Assembly: GCF_024521635.1 (NCBI RefSeq)
Contig: NW_026250438.1
Location: 248,001-285,517 of the forward strand
Direction of reading: 5' to 3'
Length of the DNA stretch: 37,517 nt
From: Tricharina praecox
Taxonomy: Eukaryota
In this document: piece by piece, positions 21,815 to 33,209 of the stretch
Layout: the number at the start of each line of letters is the position of its first letter
How positions within the stretch are numbered: position 1 is the first letter of the stretch
Made by a program: the position numbers and the translations under genes
The notes under the pieces: model-generated
Database searches by the model: none
Seen by the model: only the letters and a program-made list of their open reading frames with translations
What the model was told of the DNA's origin: nothing

Positions 21815-23660
21815 CACTTTGGGTGTTACGCCTGGGTGAAGTTACATCGAGTGATATCAAAAGCAAGCAGACCACCGCATACGCGGTTTCGCAGCCGTGA
21901 GCGCTCCTACCCAGCAACTTCCCCAACGACTTCCGCACCTCCGTCGTGCCACTTCACCCTTCACCCAATAGCTCTCCCCCCCAGGTCCACAAGATCCACA
22001 CAGTGCTTCATACAGCAGGTTGACATGAAATACACTCATCCCCACCACGTCCACTTTGGACCTTGCCTTTCCGGCCAGTCAATCACCTACCTGCCTAGGT
22101 AGTCTTTTCAAATCTATATCTGCACACAACACAAGCACGCCTTCTCGCCATTGTGACTAGCTTATGACTCCCGCCGCTACCACTACCACTACCACTGGCA
22201 TACGCCACTGCTGCCTGTGCGCGTTCCCGCGTAAAATCTTGGGACTTTCTGGTAAATATGGTAAATACTGTGGGGATATACGGCAGCGTGCGTTCTGTGG
22301 CTTCGAAGACCTGGCGGACAGCAGCAGCAGCAGAAGAAGAAGCAGCAGCAGCGTTGGTACTGGTTGTTCGCGGTTGGCGGCGTAGCTGGAGTGTGACATC
22401 GTTCCACGGATGGACTGTTGTAAGAAATCGGAGCACAGTGCTATTCTCCCAGCGGATACAAAGGACATCGGCCGTAGATCCCTGTTCAACTTCAGATGGC
22501 TTCACCACCAGCCCACCAAGGCTATTCCAAGCCTCCTTCAAGTCCGACTTCATCTCAACCGGCAGCTCTGCAGAATCAAGACGGATAGTGCCACATGCAC
22601 CAATTTGGTAGCTGCGTAGCACTCGCAGCAAGGGGACCGTAGTGAAAGTGTCGTCCATATAGACGATTTAACGATGGTCCTCGGGATATTCAAGGGAACG
22701 GCACAGCTAAAAGATCGCCAAGCCAGGGGGTGTCGACTCTGTGACCTACTGCTAGAGACCGTCAATCGAGTGGTGGATGCGAGATGCGTATATCCAGTCG
22801 AGGGTGTAGCCGGCATCACAGATAGCGAGGATCTTGTAGCCACCAGATATCGGTTTGCGGGGCATACGAACGGTAGTGTTAGCGCTGCTGCTTCCTTTGA
22901 ACCGTACAATCATCTCGTCCGCCGCTACGTGTGTGCCGGGGAAATACAACTTCTGGGATCGCCGACGGAGGTGGGAGGAGAGAGGCTCGCGTTCCGCCGT
23001 CCAACTTGGCTGCCCCGGCGGTAACGCATTGAACTCGTCCGGTGGCAGGGAGATGTAAAGATACCGCCTGATTTGCTGACATCTATGGAGCGAAAGCGAG
23101 CTCTTTGGCAGATTGACCAATCCTTTGTTTCAGTAGTCACCACGTCATGGTAGCTTGACTACACCCATCAAGATAGTTGCACCGAGAAACCGCTTCAGCT
23201 CGCCAATCGTCAACGGCTTCCATTTCCGCTGCAAGGGTTGGAGGCGCGATGGAGTTCGACTCCGCCTCGACTCGGCATAGAGGTTGGTAGCGATTACAAT
23301 CTCGTCGAGAATCCTTTCGCCCCAGTAGAGTGAGAAGATGGCCAATGGCGATAGCTCTGTGTCCTTAGGGACTCGCGGTTCACAAAGATGCTCGGGTTGC
23401 CGATGCGATAACGGCGTGAAAGTTTCCGCAGGCGCAGTGGCTCCTGACTCCTTGTTCTTGTTACGTCGGTTTCCGGAGGCTGAGGAGAGTGGGGATCGCG
23501 CACGTTTGGTAGGCATGGTGGTTGGCGGGTTTATAGAGGTCCCGCACAGCTCATGAGATGAGGTTCGATGCCGATATATGCTATACTGTTACTGGCCTGG
23601 CGCTCAATGCTACTATAATTCATAGCCTGCAAACCTCATCCAGGCGTAGCACCCAAAGGG
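21815..23660 (-). mobile_element. Defective piggyBac-like DNA transposon (~1.85 kb) with imperfect 29-bp terminal inverted repeats
   Basis: The left TIR CACTTTGGGTGTTACGCCTGGGTGAAGTT (21815-21843) matches the reverse complement of 23632-23660, CCCTTTGGGTGCTACGCCTGGATGAGGTT, at 25 of 29 positions. The TIRs enclose transposase fragments. Confidence 0.88.
22000..23516 (-). pseudogene. piggyBac (PGBD, DDE_Tnp_1_7-like) transposase pseudogene; the 3' end is approximate
   Basis: Fragments SPLAIFSLYW...IVIATNLYA...WKPLTIGELKRFLGATILMGVVKLP, AADEMIVRFKG...MPRKPISGGYKILAICDAGY, YMDDTFTTVPLL...IGACGTIR, and a Cys-rich tail beginning RRACVVC. These are broken by stops and frameshifts. Confidence 0.88.
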
Positions 23661-24196
23661 ATAGTTATGCGATAGGTAATCGGTGAAGTCCAGGTGCATC
23701 ATGGTATAGCACTCGGATCCGACCCCCTTGGAAGTTGGGGTAGAGTATTTCCTGATACCTGCATAGGAAACCCCGTCCCGATCCACAACTGATTCTGCCA
23801 GCTAGCTAGCCAGCCAATCTACTCTGCTGCTCAGTATGCCATAACGCAGCATATCACTCGTTTTGTCATATTTTGCGTGTAGTCGATGGTGATATCTGCT
23901 ACATACGAACGAACGAGCTCTTGCCAGGTTTCAAGTGCACGTGTGTGTGTACGGTTATTGGGAATCAAAAGCTTGCACCGTATTATTGAAATTTGAACGA
24001 TCCGGTCCAGTAGGTACAAAATAGAGTATTATGATACACGGCCGAAGCCAAAGCCAAAGCCAAACAAAACGCCCCCAACTCCGAAGACAAGAAAAGAAAA
24101 CAAAAGAAAAAGACCACAAAACAAAAGAAAGAAAGGCAGAAAGGCAGAAAGCCATCTAAGAGCGGCCGAGATTAACTATATACTAAGTAGGTACCA

Positions 24197-26261
24197 CTAC
24201 CACAACCTCCACCCCCTCGGACTCTTCGTCCTCTTCGCCTCCAGTCCACCCAATCCGGCGACCACAGAAGACTTCCTAATCTCCTCGATACTCCTAGCAG
24301 GGCTCGCCGAGCGCGAGGCGAGCCACGGGAGGGGACTCTCCCTCCTCCCCGTGCTAGTGCCGGTACCCGGTCTACTATTGGGGGTGGTAGACCTCGGCGG
24401 CAGCTGCGGAGGTATACCCTCGAGCTTTGCGAGGTCCAGCTTCATGGGCGGTGTTTCCGTCCACTCTTGACGCATCGCCTGGCGGGAGATCGTGAGTGGG
24501 TCGGTGGCGGCGCGGTTGGGGTGTGCGGGTGTACGGCGCGCCACGGGTTGGTGCGGCGAGCGCGAGGGGGTGGCCCGGATTTCAGTCGCGGAGCGGTCGG
24601 TGGAGCGCGAGGGCCGTCGGTCGTCGCTGGGAATGTACGCGGGAAAGTCGAGGTTGGCGATGGTGTTGATGCGGCAGGAGATTACGGGGGACATGATTTC
24701 GTTGCTGGTGTCTTTGGGGATTGTGGCGGTGGGTGGAGGGGGAGGGGCCGTTGTCGGCGGTGGTGGGGCGATGATTATCGTTGTGGGCGTGTCGCAGAAG
24801 TATTCGTCGTCGTTGTAGTCCTCCGTCCCATCGACGATGCTGATGCTAATGACACTCTCGTCGTCATCAATGACTGTTACGCCGTCCCAGTTGGTCGCCG
24901 TCTCGCAGGGAGATGTGGTGTCTTCGTCGTCGTCGATGCTGGTTTCCGTGCAAGACCGTGTGGTCTCCCAGTCGTCCTCTTCATTGTCTGCGGCGTAGCT
25001 TTCGTAGCCTGAACGGCCGTCCTGACGCTGGCCGTTGCGGATGGAGGACCACCGGGTTTCCTCCGTGAACGCATCGGTGATGCAGGACTGTGGGGATACC
25101 GCGGACAGCGGCTCGGAAGCGTCGCGGACTGCCAATCGCTGGATCGGTGCCCAGTCGATCGGGCTATCGTATAATGCCGAAGTTCCAGCTTTCCTCGGAC
25201 CTGAAGATATCATGTCAGCTTTTGTTTTGTGGTTCAGCAAGGAACGAGAAAATAACTTACCAGTCTGGAGCCCTCGCAACTGGCTCAATCTTGATGATAC
25301 CGGCACCTTACTGCCCCGTCTCACGCCACGCTGGCGTCTCGGCAGCACTCCTTGCCCTTGGATGTGATTGTATAGCACGTCGTCCAGCGCAAACGGTATT
25401 TCCCTGCTAGCCGTTGAAAGCGACCGGTCGAGGCCGTGGGATATTTCCTCCGGCGACTCATTCTTTTCCTCCTGGAGCACTGGTACCCTCCTCCTCCCTC
25501 TCCTCCTCCTCCACCTCCACCACCACCTCCTCCTTCGCGCAAAACCGCATCCTCACCACCTCCGGCTCCGCCATAATATCCAACCGAAAATTCTCCGCCG
25601 TAGCCGTGAGCGGCGTATAACCGTCCGAAGTCGGTGTCCCCGAACTGCCGCGCTCGATGACCCTGTTGAGGGCGTTGATCATGTCCTCGACGGACTCCTT
25701 CTGTTCGCCCCAGTACAGCTCTTGATTTTCCACCTTCACCTCGGGCCACTCTTGCTTTTCCACCCTGACCTCGGGCCACACCACCGGCACCTCCATCTTC
25801 TTCTCCTCCTTTGCCTCTTCCTTCCCAACATTGCTTCCCGGCGCCATCCCTAGCACTCTATCGAGGGCATAGATCATGTCCTCGACGGTCTCCTTCGTCT
25901 CCTCCCAGTACAGCTGCTTCTCATCCCAGTATAGCTGGTTCTCTTCCACTGTCGCCGCCTCGTAGCTCTCGGGCGCAGCTGTAAGCGGCGTGTAGATGTA
26001 CTGTCCGATGATCTGTGACACTATCGAGGAGCACGATAATGCCGAGAGCTCGTTGTTGTTATGGTAGGGCTGGAGAGTCGAGTTTCCTGGGGTTTTTAGG
26101 CGCGGAAGGCTCAGTCTCCCCGAGGATGATGAATGAGAGCTCATGCTGCTGACGGGACTGTAGAGGATCTGTGTTTCTGTGGAGCCAGGAGGGTCAGTCA
26201 TGAACATGAATTCCGACCTCGGCGAGATATCCTGTAGAATGGAGAACAAACCTGTGGCCAT
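24197..26261 (-). CDS. Hypothetical acidic, Ser/Pro-rich, largely disordered protein. It is interrupted by an apparent 1-nt frameshift at about 25486-25488 and has an in-frame 60-nt intron at 25260-25201
   Basis: Two overlapping long ORFs have consistent composition. The intron GTAAGT...GCTGAC...CAG is clear. There are internal peptide duplications. No recognisable domain. Confidence 0.6.
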
Positions 26262-27535
26262 GATGATGAATGTATAAATGAACGAACGGATGAACGAATG
26301 AATGAATGAAAATGTAGAATCTTCAGTCCAGACCGAATAGAAGCGACAGTAATGCAGCAGCTGCGGACGAGCAGGTAGGCAAATGGACAGACGGACGAGC
26401 AAGTAGATATCGATATTCCAAAACACAGGAGAAAACGGGATCCGACGGTTTATGTACGTACCGCCTTCAGGCCGTTTTACCATGGGCAGGCCACATTCCT
26501 GCCGCCTCGATCTCTGGCAGAGGCAAAACAACCAGGGATTCCCGCATCACCTGCTGAATCCCGAGCGCCACGGTGAATTGCTCACGATCCCGAAAAACAA
26601 AGCATGTAGCCGGGGGGGAGACCAAGCAGGCCCATTGGCTGCAACGAAGATTGTTAGAGAACAATCCCTGGTAAGCGCGCAGGACCAATGGACCCAGGAG
26701 GAAGGGACCTCACTAGGAGCAGTAGGCAGATTAGCGCACGTGGCGAAGCCAGGGCTGGTAGGTCAATATCTACTCCACATAGCGAAGTTGTTAGCCGGCT
26801 GCTCAGCTAGCCATAAGGCATGCGATTTTGATTTTCGCAGGCGAGGAACGCCTCCGTACCTACATCACACGACAAGGGCTCTATTTCCCGGGCTTCCCGG
26901 TAGCCATACGATGGACATTTGTGAATGATGAGCAATTATTCGTGTGATTTGGTCTTCAAGCAGCTGAATGTGGATCTGGATCTGGCTGTGGCTGTGTCTG
27001 TGGTGCGATCTCGTGATGTCCGTCGTCTCTGCGGAAATTGAATGCCCTTCCCACCGAGAACACCGAGAAGCGGAAAGAGGCATGATTTCGTTGAGTGACG
27101 CGTGTTGTTTTCCCCAAGCATGTGCCTCTTGCCGCCAGCCCAGCGTCGAGATTTCGCGTACATACCTGCCTACCTACCGAACCGCCCACAGGGGCCCGGG
27201 TTCCTGCGTCTGGGTATTGCAGTCATCAAAGTCAATGCCGGCGCCGTTGTGGTCTGCGGCTATTGTATCTCCCGCCTTTGAAGAGGAAAATGAAGCAGGA
27301 TACTTTGCGGATCGAGTCGTGTAGGAACTATGGGGAGGGACAGAGGTTGGTTGTGGGGCAGTGGCTGTGGCTGTGGCTGTTACTCTACCCTATGCCCCAA
27401 GTTTGTACGATATGTACTCCACATTCCTACCTATCATGGCAACCATTTCCACAGTCCACTCTCCTGCTCTAACTACTACTCGCACACCATCTACCTTCAC
27501 CGAATCATCTCAGTTGTACCCATCATCTCTTCCGT

Positions 27536-27710
27536 CTGGATCCGCAGTTGAACGAATCCGGCATTATTCCTCAGCCGAAGCCTCACGAAATCTCTTGACT
27601 AAATTCGCCATTGGACGAATCCCACATGATTCCCCAGCCACGAAATATCTCGACTGGATTCGCTGCTTGACAAATGTGGAATTCTTCTTCAGCCGAAATG
27701 TCACGAAAAT
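27536..27710 (+). repeat. Three degenerate tandem units with a 63-bp period (unit 2 has an 8-bp deletion)
   Basis: Units start at 27536, 27599 and 27654. Each contains CAGCC and CACGAAA. Confidence 0.8.
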
Positions 27711-28004
27711 ACCTACATACGTCTTCCTTCAGAGAACGCACATACATAAGTGCTTGGATATGGGTAACCCAGAGTCTCAGACGACTGCAGAGTGCATGTC
27801 GTGCATGCCGCACAGGTGGGGCGCCCGGCGGGGCGTGTAGGCGCTCCGAGGATCCCGCGTTGCAGCATTGCAGCTCTCCGTGGTTCCACGTATGTAGGAG
27901 TCCCGTTACTACCGTATGTAAAACGAACCACCGGAGTACTACCCTAGCCCCAGCGCTTAGAGTAGATATGTAGAGAGGACAGAGTTCTTCAGGAACACGC
28001 AGTA

Positions 28005-28057
28005 CGCATCACGCACCACGCATCACGCATCACGCATCACATCGCATCACATCACGC
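28005..28057. repeat. Short CACGCAT/CATCA simple repeat
   Basis: acgcatcacgcaccacgcatcacgcatcacgcatcacatcgcatcacatcacgc is read directly from the sequence. Confidence 0.8.
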
Positions 28058-30681
28058 CAAAACAGAAACAGAAACATCTTGAAGAATCGGGCAGAGTGTC
28101 GCGTGGCGACTCCTTTCTGCTACCTACTCAAGGTAGCCAGCCACTCTGGGTAGCTCACGGCGAGCTGTAACATGTAGTTGACTATCGGCGCCACGGACGG
28201 CAGGAGAAGGCAGGAGACGGCATGGCAGCGCAGGGCAGATTCTTGCATGTGGCCAATACCTACGGCAGGTACGGTATGATCTCGTCCTCACTGCTCAGGC
28301 GTCCTCGGTTTCTCCGGGCTTCGGGCTCTAGCCAACGAGCACGTACATATTCTACATATATCTCTAGATACAGATGGACAGCGCAGCAGCTCAGCAGCCG
28401 CATGCGAGTCTCGACAGGACCGGTGGCTTCTCGCTTTTCTTCATGTTGTTTGGACTCCGCAGCTGGTCTGGTCTGAAACGTGGGGTCGGGAATTTCCACT
28501 AGCATCATAGCATCGCCCCTTCCGCCCGGAACCGGGAGCCAATCCTTCGATATCTTAGGACGGACCTCCAACCAGCCTCCCCGCGAGAGCCAATCATTCA
28601 GGATTCAGGAGCCCATCATCCGTTTTCACGACGGTTTGCTGGCTCCTCCATCCTAGCTACGACTTTGGCAACCACTCACCCCGCATAAAAAAACTTCACC
28701 ATCTCGGCCCTCGGCGGCATGGTCGCAGGTCGCTTTGGCGTGTAGTTATTCTGATCAACAGGCACATACTTCATACATACTTTCGGTGATGTATAGACCC
28801 GGATGTGGGCGCACTCTCCGATTGGATATCTACATACCTACAAGTGCGCAGTGTGAATCGTGATGAGACTTGTCGGAGGGGCAAACTCCTCAAAATCACA
28901 GTGTAGATCGCGGGTTTTTTTCCTCAGCTTTGGAATTCATCCTGAATATCAGACACCTGCTCTTAAGGCATTTCGGCGGTCGGGTCATGCGAATATGAGG
29001 AGTAAGTAGAGCAGGATGTAGAGTATGTGCATACCGAAGAACCGACATTCAAGCATGATTTTCTCTCTCTTAGGGACAAATACCGGCATGTACCAATACA
29101 TACCGGTATGGTGGCTGAGATTCAAAAATCGCTAGTGGTGCAGGAAAGCGTTGAGTAACGAGCTGCAACAGTCTTGCGGCCTGAAGAATCCGCGAATAAT
29201 CAACAATGAAGTCGTGACTCGTTCTTTCCCATGACGCTAACGGTGACTGGTAGAGCGTGTGCCTGCATGTGTAACCGCCGCCCCTGGGTTTCAGAGTGCG
29301 GGCGGACCCCACTCCTCACGCTCGGAAGGGGAAGATCATACTCTACTCCGTGTCCTAGTAACAGCGATTCGTGGCAGTCAGCACCTTGTTCCACTGTTCA
29401 CTATTCCAGAGCTTCCGTAAAGAGGGGACGGCCGCTTTTGCAATATGCATTGCCTTTATGAGTGAGGCATACTAGGTAGCTGTAGCGCTACTGCCCCCGA
29501 CTCCCGCGTCCCGAGTCGCGACTGTGCGGCGCATGTTGCGGAATCCCTGTGATCTTCAGTATGTAGGCGTCGCCGCCGCACTTCTGCGCTGCGTGCGCGG
29601 CCAGAATGAAACCTACCTGTGTACGGTACGGCGGGCGGAGCGGCTTCGCCGCCGGCCTGCGTGGAGGATCAACATAGGTCCTACATAGTAGGACCGCGCC
29701 ATCAATGATGGATAATGATGGACTGCGGGGTTCTTGCGCCGAGTGATCGGTGGGTGATAAATGTATTGTACTACCTACTAGGTATACAGTACATCAGCCA
29801 CTCACCGGACCATGAATACATTGGGTAGGTAGTGAGCAGGTGCCAGCTGAAATCTTGAGGCGCCGTGCTCATGCTCATGCTCATGCTCGTGCTTGTTCTC
29901 TTATCCTGCTGCTGCTGCCTTGAGCTCGAAGGGGCCGTCGACACTTCTGACTGCAGAGATATCGTTCGACGGGGGACAGTCGGGTACAGCGCTCGCGCAG
30001 GTCGAGTGCACACCGCGAGTGATTCGCCAGTGGACGCAGGGCGAAGCGAAGCGTATGAGTAAGACCAACCGCCATATTATTGGGGTACAAGGGTGGTACT
30101 GTGGTATCAACAAACGCGAGCTTGGAAGTTTAGGCCGCGGGGCATCGTCGTCGCCGTGATGGACTGTGACGGACTGTGTGTGAGTTATCGATACCTATCA
30201 CTCGGACTGCCAGATTCACAAGATTTGAGAAAAAAAACCCATCCCCGAAAATAACTACTCTGCGCCGAGTCTCCGAAGCTGGTGGGAGATTTGCAACCCG
30301 CGAGAAATGAAGCCAGCCGGGTGACGCGTGATGAGTGGCCCAATCCCACGGCCCCAACTCCCGAATATGTACCTGTATTCTCGGAACAGCAATTACAACT
30401 TCAACCTGCGGTAAAAGTCCGACACCAGGCACGGATTATCAAGGGGTTGGATCGGGCCGGATGAACTCGGATGAACTCGGCTGCGGACACTCGAGTAGGT
30501 ACTGATGTAGGTAGGTAGAAATCAGTGGGCCCGAAAGTGCACGCAGTCCATCCGATATGATCTCCGTTATCAACCATATCATACACACTTCCCCCTCCCC
30601 CCCTCCCCCGCCCTCGCATCCCACCTACACCACCCCCACAACAAACCTTGCCGCATCCCCCGCATCCCTCTTATACTGCAG

Positions 30682-31377
30682 ATGCTCCCTCCTCACCACG
30701 CTCTGGCCCTCACAAACCAGATCCTCCTGTCTACACACAACCAGCTGCCTCTGCCCCAGCACGCCGGGGAAATCCCTGCAGGATACCTACCTCCACGTCA
30801 GTCCTCGTATGGATGTGTGTGTATGGCGGCAGCGGACTCACATCGGCAGCGTAGTCGTTGACGCCTTGTACGGCGACCTGCGCAGCCCCGCCCATTTCCT
30901 CGGCCAGCGCAGAGAAGAACGGTGGGCCGGCCGGCGATCGCGCCAACGTTCCCGGCCTCGCTGGTACCGCGTGCCGCGGGCGTAGATTACGGTTATGGAT
31001 ACGGTGCGCACACGCCGGCTTCGACGTCGTTGCGTGTGTTGCCGCCATTACCGCCGTCGCCGCCGTCGCCGCCACGGCCGAAGCCGAATTGCGGGGAGGG
31101 GGAGGATGGAGGGCAGGAGGAGGAGATGCGGGAGGATGACGATGCGGAAGTACATTCTCGGAAGAATGGAGATTATAAATTTGAATGGATTGCGCCAGGC
31201 AATGGATTAAACTCCGTGAAGGAAGCGAAGGGGAATGTAAAAGGTGCTGGAGATGCCGAAGGTGCTGATATCTGGGGAACAAATCGTTCCCTTTATCAGC
31301 GCCATCCAAACCTCAGGTCCTCGGCCGAAACGTTCACCAGAACCATCACCGAGGCGGACGCCAAACGTCAATCGTGA
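30682..31377 (+). other. Possible small orphan gene or pseudogene (Pro-rich, then acidic); exon structure unresolved
   Basis: A C/T-rich leader at 30590-30660 precedes an ATG at 30682. That ATG is in frame with ORF 30922-31377 but separated from it by one TGA (30859-30861). Splice-like signals are present (GTCAGT at 30797; GTGAGT at 31374 with GCTAAC at about 31432). No recognisable domain. Confidence 0.3.
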
Positions 31378-31970
31378 GTTTATATTCCAGTTGCAGTTCA
31401 CGAAGCGGCTCTAGGTACATTATACATATTGGCTAACAGTGAACGTTGGCATCGCCAAATCGAGGTGCAGCATGGATACGAGACCTCAGACACCCCGTAA
31501 CTACCACCTCGTCGATGGGCGGGGAAACCATCGGTTCCCTACAGCTGGAATGTCTGGAACGTTTCGATTCTATAGACGTAAAGGAAGGAAGCGAGGTTGA
31601 GATTGTACATATGTAGCCAGCGGTGGGGGATCCTCGCGGGGATCGCCAATACCCGCATCACTGCTCGGCACCAGAAGTCCGAGGCAGCTGAAATGTAGCG
31701 AGTATCCAGGCTCCAAATCCACCACCTTTGCGCTGGGCCCTATTCTCGCACTGGGTGACAAACACCACATGCAGGAGTGGCGACGCCCCCAGCATCAATA
31801 CCGCCCATCATGTCGGTCGAATGTGGACGTTCACCGAGTGCTGCACCATGACTCGCACGGCCTTATCCACAAAGGTTCTCTATATAGAGAGGTGACGTCG
31901 TGCACTCGCATTAATTAGTTAGCCCACCCACCCCCGCGGCCCGTCCCTTCCCCGCACCCATACCTCCACG

Positions 31971-32867
31971 ATGCAACTCCCATCCACGCGGCGCACGCAC
32001 ACCAGCACCAGCACCCCCCCATCAGCACACATGGAACGCCCTACTTCCACCGCCCCTCCCTCCGCCGCGCCCACGCGCGTCCCGCTCCTAATCCTCGGCG
32101 CGGGCTGGACCAGCACCTTCCTCGTCCCGCTCCTGGACTCTCGCGGGATCACCCACGCACGCACAACACGTAACGGCCGCGACGGCACGATCAGCTTCGT
32201 CTTCGACCCGTCTAGCACCGACAAGACCCCGTACACCGTGCTGCCGCCCGCGGACGCAGTGCTGATCACGTTTCCGATCACCGTGCCGGGGGCGACGCAG
32301 CGGCTGCTGGAGTTGTATGCCGCCACGCATGAGGGGACTGCGGCGCACTGGGTGCAGTTCGGGTCCACTGGGGTGTGGGAGGGCGAGGGGAGGATGGATA
32401 GACATGCACCCTGGAACGGGGCGAATGAGAGGGCGAGGGAGGAGCAGATGCTCCTCGAGACTGGGTGTGGCGCGGTTATCAATCTGGCGGGGCTGTGGGG
32501 CGGGGCGAGGGATCCGCGGAATTGGATTGCGAGGGTGGCGGGGACGAAGGAGAAGTTAAGGGAGAAGGGGAGTTTGCATTTGATTCATGGGGAGGATGTG
32601 GCTAGGGCTGTGCTGGAGGTCGTGATGAAGTGGGATTTGGCGGTCGGCGAGAGGTGGCTGTTGACTGATATGCGGAGCTATGATTGGTGGAACCTGGCGT
32701 TGGCCTGGGGGAGCGAAGAGTGTAAAGGGTGGGCGATGGAACTCATGCGGGAGGAGGATCAACGTGTGCTGCCGAGGGATGTGGGTAGGAGGGGCAAGAA
32801 CCTCGATTCGAGGGAGTTTTGGATGGTCTTCGGTTTGCACCCGAAGATGTCCTTGTTTACGCGGTAG
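31971..32867 (+). CDS. Conserved fungal NAD(P)-binding Rossmann-fold protein (atypical SDR-like); intronless, and the true start may be the ATG at 32031
   Basis: LLILGAGWTSTFL (glycine-rich dinucleotide-binding loop), WVQFGSTGVW, VINLAGLWGGARDP and SLHLIHGEDVARA. A TATA-like TATATAGA lies at about 31881. Confidence 0.85.
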   Translation: MQLPSTRRTHTSTSTPPSAHMERPTSTAPPSAAPTRVPLLILGAGWTSTFLVPLLDSRGITHARTTRNGRDGTISFVFDPSSTDKTPYTVLPPADAVLITFPITVPGATQRLLELYAATHEGTAAHWVQFGSTGVWEGEGRMDRHAPWNGANERAREEQMLLETGCGAVINLAGLWGGARDPRNWIARVAGTKEKLREKGSLHLIHGEDVARAVLEVVMKWDLAVGERWLLTDMRSYDWWNLALAWGSEECKGWAMELMREEDQRVLPRDVGRRGKNLDSREFWMVFGLHPKMSLFTR

Positions 32868-33209
32868 TCAGAAGAGCACGGAATGAGAAGACGCATGCTT
32901 GTACAAAAACATCATCATAAAGCTTGGGATCATCTAAAGCCCATCCCTCCTCTATGCTCACATTCACCCTACCAGGTACCAAACAACAGAAGAAGTGGAA
33001 TCTGAATGAATATACATCGCCAACCAACCCATAAACAAGAAAGCGACTGAAGGAGGAAGAAACCAAAAAAACCACCCTAGACAGACAGAATACGACGCTG
33101 TGCGGCCATATATAATTCCCAGACCATGCCAAAGAACGAAGAGAAAACGCATTCATGTCCAACGCCGAAGAAAATCCCACAAAAAGTCGTTACCGATCAT
33201 CTACCCCGT

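Noticed and set aside
28860..28945. GTGATGA...CTGA pair about 85 nt apart, and ATGATGA...CTGA at about 26925-26967
   Set aside because: There is no convincing terminal stem and no antisense element I can match to an rRNA or snRNA. Such box pairs arise by chance.
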